NCBI RefSeq assembly: GCF_006345805.1
Contig: NC_043002.1
Location: 89,404,001-89,468,000 of the forward strand
From: Octopus sinensis
Lineage: Eukaryota
Direction of reading: 5' to 3'
DNA: 64,000 nt
This document shows positions 13,770-24,159 of this stretch, piece after piece. Below the pieces are notes generated by a model. That model saw nothing but the letters and a program-made list of their open reading frames with translations. It was not told where the DNA came from and ran no database searches. Made by a program: the position numbers and the translations under genes. Each line of letters starts with the position of its first letter. The first letter of the stretch is position 1.

Positions 13770-14330
13770 GAGTAGACAGCAGCAGCACTGACAACATGCA
13801 CCCATGGAGATACATCAGGTGTACCAGGAATTCTCTCAAGCATCATGTTTCCAACCATAGGTCCTCCTTTAGACTTCCAGAAAAGAGATACGTAACATCA
13901 CTGGCCAGCCATGTCTGGCAACTAAGAGATGATGGGATCCTATACTCAATCTCATGGAAAATCCTCAAGACCCCAGTCCCCAACATCGACGGGACAAGGT
14001 GTTGCAAGTTATGCATAGCTGAATGCATGAGAATCCTAAAAGATTCGCTTGAACCAGGTAACATCCTTAACTCCAGAATGGAAATTTTCGGGCCATTGTT
14101 TACATTTTAGGAAATTCGTGTTAGCCTTTTGGGTCCTGCAAGATGGTGGCAAAGCCGGAAGTTGATAGCCAATGGAAAAGGGAAATAATCCCCTATTGTT
14201 TACTTTTGTAGCGAGGCCTTTGCCCCTCCATATTTTGAAGAGGTCTTAGGCCTACAGGTTTTGGGGTCTGATGATATGCTATAAAGTTAAACCCTTTATG
14301 GACGGGAAACCTAGTGTAATCCTATAAACC
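13770..14330 (+). mobile_element. Penelope-like element relic: GIY-YIG C-terminus plus downstream pLTR
   Basis: ORF 13796-14110 YI..T...K...NHRSSF...TSLASHVWQLRD....SISWKIL....RCCKLCIAE..RIL...ILNSRME; hammerhead-like motif follows. Confidence 0.75.
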
Positions 14331-14406
14331 AGCCATCCCCATTTTTAATATATACTGCTCTACATCTTAGAGTGTGTTTCTGATCCAGATTTGTTTTCTA
14401 CAAATG

Positions 14407-14455
<49 letters not shown>

Positions 14456-14519
14456 TTATATGTGTGTATATACATACATGTATATATGTGTATGCATGTA
14501 TACATATAATGTCTATACA

Positions 14520-14563
<44 letters not shown>

Positions 14564-16099
14564 CTATAGCCATCTATGTATCAAACTTGATGCAGGCCAG
14601 CTATTGCACTACTTGTCCAAGATATAACATCCCTTATGGACTCCCTGTGATAAAAAACAACAATAACTATCAGAGAGACAAATTAACATTTGGCCTTCAA
14701 GAGCATCAGCTGCATTTTGGTCTTTTTGACCCTGTGTATATACATTACTTATGATACACAGATAGATATTTTGATTATACACTATCTTTTTATCATTTAG
14801 GCAGCGATTTGCAACATCAGTGAATGTTTAATTTTTTTTCTTATATCAGAGACGACAAGTTCTTGTCTGATCATGTGACTTATTTTATTTGGGGATTGAT
14901 AAAATAATACCGGTTGAACACTGGGGTTGGTGTAATCAATGTCCACTCCCCTCAAAATTGCTGGCCTTGTGCCAGAATTAGAAAGAATATTAAGATTAGC
15001 TTTGTTTGATTTTATAGAAAACTATTTAAATAGCTTATTGTTGTGCCTGGAAGGGATCATTAGGCCAACAATAAATACATGCACTGGTTGTGTTTCACTT
15101 CTTTTATTATTAATAATAATAAAAGAAGTGAAACAGTTCTAGTTCATGTGTTTATTATTAGCATAATGACCCTTTCAAGATTGAACAAAAGCTGTTTAAA
15201 TAGCTTTACTGTAAAATCAAATAGAATGCTATTTGTTGTTCGATGCAAGTTTTTTTTTTCTGATAAGGTTTTGTGCATCCTGTCGCATTTCTTTTGTTTC
15301 ATTGTCATCATAGTAATGACTAGGAAGTCCTTAGATATATCACTTAACTTTGCACTCTGCTAAAGTGGATTAAAATCTGTGTGTATAACTCTCTTTCTCC
15401 CCCCTCCCCCATGTGTTTTGTCAATCATTAATCTCCATACCAAAGTGTGAAGAATCATGATTTTTCTTGGGAAGACACTGCAGTAACTTCCCATTGCCTT
15501 CTTCCAGTTTATTTACATTTTCACTCCACTAATCTACTCTCCTGAACTATCCTTGAGGCACGGGGCCTATTTAAATCCATTAGGCAAGGGAACTTGTTCA
15601 TGTGTTATCAAGACATGTTCACACATTGATGGACCTATGTGACACATATCTAGGGAATAGGCCTTCCCCGAGTCCTGTATGCCTCAGTTACAAGATGTTC
15701 TGCTATTTGACCATTGACTGGGGATCTTGACAGGTACTACCACTCCATGATAGATAATACCTGAGAGTAATGATGACTGAGTGATAAGTCTTCAGCTGGA
15801 CCCTCATCACAGGATGCAATTCAATGCCTTAAGCAGAATATTAAAATCTATACCAGTGATTTATGTATGAATGGCTTGACTATATTTGCATACACACACA
15901 CACACATGTATCAGCATTCCCATGTTGATATGTATTGGTCAGTTCAACAGCAGATGGCTGTGCCAAACCCCCATATTTGCTTTGATATGGTTTGCTGATG
16001 CTCTTCTGAATGCCAACCATTTTACAGTGTGCTAGATATCTTTTGCATGGCCTCAGCACCCCCCCCCTCTCTCTCTCTCTCTATACACACACATGTATA

Positions 16100-17218
16100 T
16101 GAGGTCTCATCAATAAGTATCTGGATTGGTGCTACAGAAACAAAACTAAAACATGTACCAATTTAACATTTAATCTCCTTCAAAGTAGTCCCCTGCAGAA
16201 GTCACACACTTAATCCAGCACTGTTTCCATTGATGGAAGCATTCCTGGAACTCATTTTCTGAGATAATCAGCATCTGCCTTGTCACATTCAGTTTCATTT
16301 TCCTCAACATTCTGAAATCTTCCTTTCAAGCGGGATTTGATTTTTTTGGAAAGAGGAAAACATCACAAGGGGCAAGATCTGGGGAATACAGTGGCTGTCG
16401 GACTTGGAGACTGCTGTGCCTAACCAAAAACTGATGCGCAAACTGTGCTGAATGGACAGGTGTGTTGTCAGCTGAAAGCAGTTTTGGCAGAGACTTCGCA
16501 GACACAAGTCTCATACTCAAATCTTCTGTGATAATGGACTGAACTGAACCATAACTAATCTGCACATCCTCTGATAACTCACAAATGGTGATTTGATGAT
16601 TTTCCTCTCACAGCTGCAGGCACATCTGAAATGTTTTTCTCAGTTTTGCTGGTTGCAGGTCTGTAAATGTCAATAGTGGCAAACATTCATTTGTCACTAT
16701 TGACATTTTATTTGCTTGTACACTTCTCTCCATAAACTTTCTACAACTTTGCATAGGCCTATGAGCAGGTGTTGACAAGCTTTTGGCAAAATTTGATGCA
16801 GATTCTCTGCTCAACTTTCTCTGTCATGGTGAATGTAATGATCACATGCTACACACGTTCCTTCCAAGCACTGCTGTAAACAGCAGAAGTGAGCTACGGC
16901 ATTAAAACTTAGTGCAAGGTCAATCTGTGCCAAGCAGCTTCACTCTGTGTACTTTAGCTGCGTTACTATTTCAATGCCCCACTTACCCAAGTTTGCACAC
17001 AAACGCAGACACACATATACACCTGTACATACATATATATACACGCATACATATACGCACTATGTTGTCCTTATAAGAATATATTTTAAAACTGGAACTG
17101 AGTTGCTATAATAGAAGCAAATAAGAGTACAAGGTCAATCCGTACCAAGTGGCTTCACTCTGCATGCTTTAGCTTTGTTACTATGGTAACAGTCCAGATT
17201 CTTATTGATCAGACCACA
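16100..17218 (-). mobile_element. Second mariner family, internally deleted
   Basis: Imperfect ~30-bp TIRs (TGAGGTCTCATCAATAAGTATCTGGATT vs TGTGGTCTGATCAATAAGAATCTGGACT). Minus-strand relic MTEKVEQRICIKFCQKL... and PLYSPDLAPCDVFLFPK. Subterminal block duplicated (16914-16972 vs 17129-17190). Confidence 0.85.
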
Positions 17219-19055
17219 TGTACGTACGTATACACACACACACACACACACGTGGTGTGTGTGTTTACTTACCAATGCAATAGAATATACATCATTCAGT
17301 AAAAGGTATACCAGATAAAGTACTGGTGTAGTTATGAATAATTAATTGAAATCTCTGCAAATAGTGCTCCACTTTTGCCACAATATGTATAGTTTACATA
17401 AGAACCACTGAATCTACTTTTATGTCGCCTGAGTCATGACCATTTATAGCAATGTCTATTGTACTCAGTCTTTACATTTTTTCTGAAAAGGTATTCTTGC
17501 CTTTACAGCCAACATATAAGACACTCCCTATCTTTCATTTTGTGAAGTCTTATTGCCATAGCAGCAGCAGCAGTAGTAGTAGTACTACAAGGATATGTAG
17601 TTGTAGAAGTAATAGTACAAGGAAGCATTGTAATAGAAGTAGTACTACAGGGAAATAAAAGTAGTGGTGGTGGTGGTGGCGGCGGCGGCAATAAAAGGAG
17701 CTTAAATATATTTAGCATTTTATCGTCCAACCCATGCCTGCATGGAAGGCAAACGTTCAATGATGACTATGATTTTCCAGATGAGGTTTTTAGGGCTGTA
17801 GCAGAAGACACTTGCCCAAGGTGCCATTTAGTGGGACTGAATTTGGAACCATGTTGTTTGGAAGCAATCTCCTTATCACACAACCATGCCTCCTGCACCT
17901 GTAGAATATTTCCTTGAGAAATCTCAGCCAATGCATAACAAAAAGAAAGGATAAAATTAATGATAATAATGAATCCTAATCTTCATGAAAGAAGAAAAAT
18001 ACCTATCAAAAATAGTATCTTTTACTTGTTTCAATCACTTGACTGTGGCCATGCTGGGGCACCACCTTGAAGGGTTCTAGTTGAATAAATCGATCCCAGG
18101 ACTTGTTTTTTTAAAGCCTTGTACTTATTCTACTGGTCTCTTTCGCTGAACCACTAAGTTATGGAGACGTAAACACACCAACACCGGTGGCAGGGGACAC
18201 ACACGCGTAGATATTTACATACATGTAGTATATATCTAGTAGGTCACAAGAATAGTAGTAGTGGTGGTGGTGATGGTAGAAGTTGTATGATAAAGGAGTT
18301 TTTAAATACATTTAGCATTTTCCACTTCTCTGTGTTTTAACATTCTGCTAAGTCACATTATTATTAATCTGAAATTGACAATCTTTTGTTTCTTTTGAAA
18401 GAAAGAACCGGAAAAGCAAGGCTATGATTGAAACCAGTAGAAAATAACACATACAAATAACTTTTTATTGATATATCTTTTAATGAATTCTATTTATTTT
18501 GCTTTTCTCTCTAGCCATTCTAAGGTTAGACAGCAGTGTTTAGGCTATGCATCACTTATGAGGTCTGATACAACTAAAACATGCTTGGAGTCTCAATTTG
18601 AAATTCTATAATTGTCTCCCTTGTCTTTTTTTTATTAGAATTAATAATCAACTTTTTTTTGTTTTCACTACAAGTGTAAATTTTTTTTCTCACTCCATTA
18701 AATATCTTATCATCCACTCTGCCAATTATTTTTTCATGCAGCAGTTGATCCTGTGAATATTTTTTCCCTTGGTCATTCTTTTAAGTCAATACCCCACTCA
18801 ATGTCCATTTACTAAAACCCCATATCTCTCTTTGGTCACTCTTAGACCATGATTCATTAATGATTGAAACCTGTCCACTAGTTGTCATTGTGTTACCAAA
18901 GATCAAACTCACTCCACATTATGTTCTGTTATTACTTTCATTCCAAGGCTGTTTCTCCTTGCCTCTCTTGATTAGAACTAATAATTAGGGTAAAAGATTT
19001 TTTCTCATTACAGGTGTAATTTTAATTAATTAAATATTTTGGCTTACTTCTTTAA

Positions 19056-19257
19056 TCCTTTAGCATTTAAAACAGCCAAATCTGGCTCAAATATTCTACT
19101 TGTTCTATGTTCAAACCAGCCAGGTCTGGCCTCTCACACATATCCGACAATGTCATTCTTAAAAATAATCACATCCTCAAAATCTCAAAGCTACAAGATA
19201 ATGCATGATCAATTCAAAACAATGTAAATTTGATCAAATATTCTGAATGCCAAAGGG
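19056..19257. mobile_element. piggyBac-like MITE (TTAA TSD); related copies at 4339-4541, ~23690-23907, ~59085-59250
   Basis: TTAA|TCCTTTAGCATT ... AATGCCAAAGGG|TTAA. Confidence 0.7.
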
Positions 19258-19479
19258 TTAAATATGTTAGTGTCCACTGTAATATTAGAGGGCACATGGC
19301 CTAGTGGTCGTTACACTCATGATTGCAAGATTGTAGTTTCAATTCCTGGACTGAGTGGTTCATTGTATTTTTGGAAAAGATGCTTCCTCTCATGTTGTTC
19401 ATGTTCCTCTCACATACCAACCACTCTCTTCAGTTGTAATGTATCAGCTAGATGGTGGTGTAGCCCTTTTTCATGGCTG

Positions 19480-21247
19480 CTGACAACAGGATTGCTTACC
19501 CTACAGGCGTCCAGCAAAGTGACCCTCTGACTCCACTCCTTTTTGTGTTGGCTGTCGATGATGTTGCCCAATCAATTTATCCACCCTTCAATGTCTGGTA
19601 CCAGGATGATGTGACCCTGGGTGTCTTGGTTGAGCCTATAGTTGGGTATCTTCAGCAGGTCATCCCAGCCCTTAAAGATTCTTGGATTTGAGATCAACTC
19701 CTCCAATCAGAGATGATAAATGTGAGCTGTGGTGAGATTGAATTCCAAGATGCTGTACTCAATATCCAGACTGTCTTGATGAGGGCTTGGCTGATGCCAA
19801 GGAATGTTGTCTGTATAGCTCCGCAATTCTCCCGAAAACCATAACAGAGTGTCTGGAGACCAAGCTTGTGGACTTAACTAATCTAGGATAACTGAGAGAT
19901 TGCACCTCAATGACACATCTGGCGATCACCCTTTTGAGGAGTTGCTTTGCCCTGCCTAAGCTCCTTTTCTTGCTACTCAGTGTGCTATGTTATCCTCTCA
20001 TAGATTGCTTCAGTGCAGTCGTTGCCAGCATCCAGTGCTGTGCTGAACTGATCTGCAATGTTTTGACAGCACTGGCTGGCATCAGGCTAAATACCTGTTC
20101 AGTGACTTTGGCATCCATTCCGCATTGGATCTGATTCTGCTGGCCTATCTGTCCTTGATCTCCTCCAGTCTCATGCTCATCAATGCAGTACTCTGTGGGA
20201 TGGCTGAACCTGATATGGCTTGGAAACTGGACTCGGCTCTCACTAATTGGACTGTTGAAGACCTTACCATCCCCTAGAATACAGATGTCTAACACAATTG
20301 GGATGATACCAAATCCAAATCTATCTTCATTCAGATTGAGACATCCTAAGACTAATCCTGCCTTGCCTACCTCCATTCGGTTTCACAGCCAAACAGTGGT
20401 ACATAGGTTAAGACAGTGCCCTCTTCATCAACCAGTACTCTCTTCTTGATAATGAGTGCATTCATAACTGAGTGGCCCAGCACCTCAATCTCCACATGTG
20501 TGAGCTGCACAAATGCTATCATGGGGCTGTAGTCAATGAATTGGGCCTGCATCTATTTTTCTACAGCCAAAGTGCAGGCCAGTTCCCCTAATACAACACT
20601 GTGAATGACATAATTAGAAGTGTCCTCAATGCGGCTGGTTTCCTGTCACAACTGGAGCCAATAGGTCTTGACCACATAGATGATAAGTGCTCTGATACTA
20701 TAACCCTCTTCCCATACAAGGATGGGGTAAATCCATAGTCTGGGGCACAATGTGCATTGGCTGCAAACCCAGGCATCACTGCTCGTAATGCAGAGAAGTC
20801 AAATAGATACAGGAATCTGATTGGCTGTGTGTTTGTTTGTCCTGGTTGCCATTGAGACCTCAAGTGTTCTCAGACCCTGCACTGCTGATTTTCTCCACAA
20901 AACCAGGATAACTGCAACTCATCTGAGAAATGAGCCCTACAAAGTGGGATGGCTGTTGCAGTGAGCATCATTGGCTATTCTCTGTGGCAAGGCCTTTGCA
21001 ATTATGTCTGCGAGGCTTGGGCAAACATACCATTTGGCCTAGGGTATACTACCTGTTAATTTCTTCCCTCCTGTCTTTTGCTGCTTAATTCCCTGCTTTT
21101 TTTTTCTTTGTTTCCTCCTTGGGGTAGTTCTATTTTTTTTTGTTTTGTTGTTGGTAATTTGGTCTTTTATACATTTGATGTTTATTTTTTTTTTTTTTCT
21201 TCTTGTAAAAGTAGGTCAATAAATAAACAGATGATTAAACAAAAAAA
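19480..21247 (+). mobile_element. CRE-clade non-LTR retrotransposon relic (RT + restriction-like endonuclease)
   Basis: GVQQSDPLTPLLF..WYQDD (RT), LLRSCFALPKL, NTVNDIIRSVL..LEPIGL..D..SD..TL.PY (REL), AIET and C-terminal SLAI..G; followed by a T-rich 3' UTR, AATAAA and an A run. Confidence 0.75.
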
Positions 21248-22926
21248 GACTGGTGAAAGCATTGTACATGTTATCTAGTCATGCTCACTTGCATGGCTAA
21301 CTGTACTGTACTTTAATATCTGTGTTAGATTTCAGTTTGACAGTCATTCTGCTTTTCGGTTTTAAGACATCACAAGTGAATCAGAAAGCAAGTGTTGCAA
21401 ATACTTACTAGAATGGTTTGGTTGGTTTTCTATAATGTACCCAAATATTTTGATAATTCATAAGCTTAATTTTGAGAAACCTGCTTGGAATTTAAGGTTA
21501 ACTACATTCAACACTACTTGTTTCATAACGATGTATTATAGATTTACATGTATTATAAAAACAGCTCTGTGTTTGTGTGTGCATGCCGCTCAATAGACAA
21601 ATTACTGCATAAGATAAAGATTTAGGATTAAGCCTTTACCATTCAGATTTTTTTTATCAGATGTATTGCTTATTTATTCACATTGCTTAATTAATCACAC
21701 ATCTTGTAGCTCCAAGATTTTAACAGTGTGTTTGTATGTTTTTAGAATGACATTGTAGGGTAGGTATCAGAAGTTGGATCAGGTCAGTTTTAGCATAAAA
21801 TGCATAGAATATTTGGGCTGGTTTTGGCCAGTTTAAATGCTAATGGGTTAAATAGATACTCAAATAAGGTAGCTTCCAAGAGATGATGGTGGAGGTGGCA
21901 GCAATGATAATGGTGATGAACATAATTTTCATCTCTTCCCCTCTCAATTACCACAGTTTTTCTGTAGCTAGATTGCAATTTTTAAAAAAATAATTTTATT
22001 TGTAACAGAAATGAATTCTATGCATTCCTTATTTTGTGCTATAAAAAAGTGGTTTGTTGGAACAATTATTGAATGAATTAACAAGAAATGCGTTTTCTCT
22101 ACATTAAATTGCATTTGTTTAACTCTGTCAATTCTGGGTAAGAATAAGAACACCTCTCTTGTTTACAGGAGATGTGGGTTTGCATCCCAGGGGCAACCTT
22201 TTATCAAAAGAGTTTTTTAACCCAATATTGACATGCTATTGTTTATAGCTTTATTTGCTTCAATATTCACCATTCCAAAAAAGAATTCTGGGTAAGCTGA
22301 ACTATGATTCAAAGGCAATCCAACCATGACGATAATTTTTTATATATTTTTCAAACACATTGTACTTAGTATTACTTTAGTCAATGTGATGTAAAAGGCA
22401 CTCATGCCAGTGACAAATAAATGGCACCCGTACAGGTGACAGGAACCTGTGCCAGTGATACTTGGAAGGCACTCATGTTGGTAACACTTGAAATGCACTC
22501 TTGCCGGTGACACGTGGAAGGCACACTGTACACTCTATAAAGTGGTTGGCATTAGGAAGGGCATCCAGCCATAGAAACCAAGTCAAAACTGACAAATGCA
22601 ACCTGATGCAGCTCTCCAGTTTATCAGCTCCTGTCAAGCCATCTAGCTCCTGCAAAGAAAATGGATGTTAAATGAAGATTACATTGGTCAATGTGCCCTT
22701 TCCTTTTAAGGTGGTAGGTATGATGTGAGGGAGATTTGGCTACTGTTTTTCTTTTTACCAGGTGGAATAACCATGTTTTATTCTTTCATTGATTTGTATA
22801 TAATAAATGATTATGTAAAATATAAATACCTTTTCTTCATTAGCCTAGTCAAATGAAAAAGGAGGAGGAAATTTGAAATACAATCTTATTCTTATAATTT
22901 TAATATATATTTAATTCATTTTACAG

Positions 22927-23002
22927 AGCAGACATTGCTTTGATTGGCCTAGCCGTGATGGGTCAAAACCTTATTCTTAACATGAATGATAATGGATATG
23001 TG
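22927..23002 (+). CDS. PGD: PGD exon 2 ([26 protein letters not shown])
   Basis: ttttacag|A...GTG|gtgagt; 76 bp, starts phase 2; Rossmann GLAVMG motif. Confidence 0.96.
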
Positions 23003-24125
23003 GTGAGTATATTTTCACTAGATTTACTGAATATCCAGTTTTTTGAATAAATTGCATAAATTTTATCAAAGAATGTTTCATTATGCTGAAAACCTTAAGA
23101 CAATTTTTTTAGCTGAGGATGGGTTGCTGTTTATGTAAGTGGGCGGTGTTAAGACATCTCAAGTTGAATTTTTGCATGTTGGTAGGTAGGGAGTTGATTT
23201 CAGGATTTCTGTTCTGTTGAAGAAGTAAATAGTTTAATAAAGCATCTGCGGGGTGGTTGGTGTTAGGACGGGCATCCAGCTGAAAAACCCTGCCAAAGCA
23301 GACATAATAGCCTGGGGTAGTTTTCTTATTTCTTTATTGCCCACAAGGGACTAAACACAGAGGGGACAAACAAAGACAGACAAAGGGATTAAGTTGATTA
23401 GATCGACCCCAGTGCGTAACTGGTACTTAATTTATTGACCTGGAAAGGATAAAAGGCAAAGTCAACCTCGGCAGAATTTGAACTCAGAACGTAATGGTAG
23501 ACGAAATACTGCTAAGCATTTCGCCCAGCGTGCTAACGTTTCTGCCAGCTCGCTGCCTTATAGCCTAGGGTAGTTTTCTAATGGGCTGGCTCCTGTCAAC
23601 CATCTTACCCATGCATGCATGGAAGATAGATGTTAAACAATAATGATAATGAGGGATGAGAGCAGTAGGAGTAGTGTCAAAACAGATGTTTTAATCTGGC
23701 CATATCCAGCCCAAATATTCTACCTGTTTTATGTTCAAACTAGTCAGATCCCACCTCTCATACCTACCCTACAAAGTCATTTTGATAATATGCAATCACA
23801 TCATTGAAATTTTGAAATTTCAATGCTACAGGATGATAAATGATTAGTTGAAAACAATGAGAATAAATAAACATTACATTTGACACAGTAATATGAATGC
23901 TAAAGGGCTAAGGGCCTTTTGATGGGAATAAAAACACCTGACATGTTTACAGGAGACATGGGTTTTGCATCTCACTAGCAGCCTTTGACTCTTTTTATCG
24001 AAAGAGTTTTTTAATCCAGTATTGGCATGCTATTGTTTATAGCTTTCTCTGCTTCAAGATTTACCATTTCAAAAAAGAAATTATTTTGTGTTCTTGATGT
24101 TTCTAAATTTTTGCAATGTCAACAA

Positions 24126-24159
<34 letters not shown>

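Noticed and set aside
13406-14754. Long ORFs rich in [12 protein letters not shown] (also 53382-53768)
   Set aside because: Translations of dinucleotide microsatellites; no coding signal
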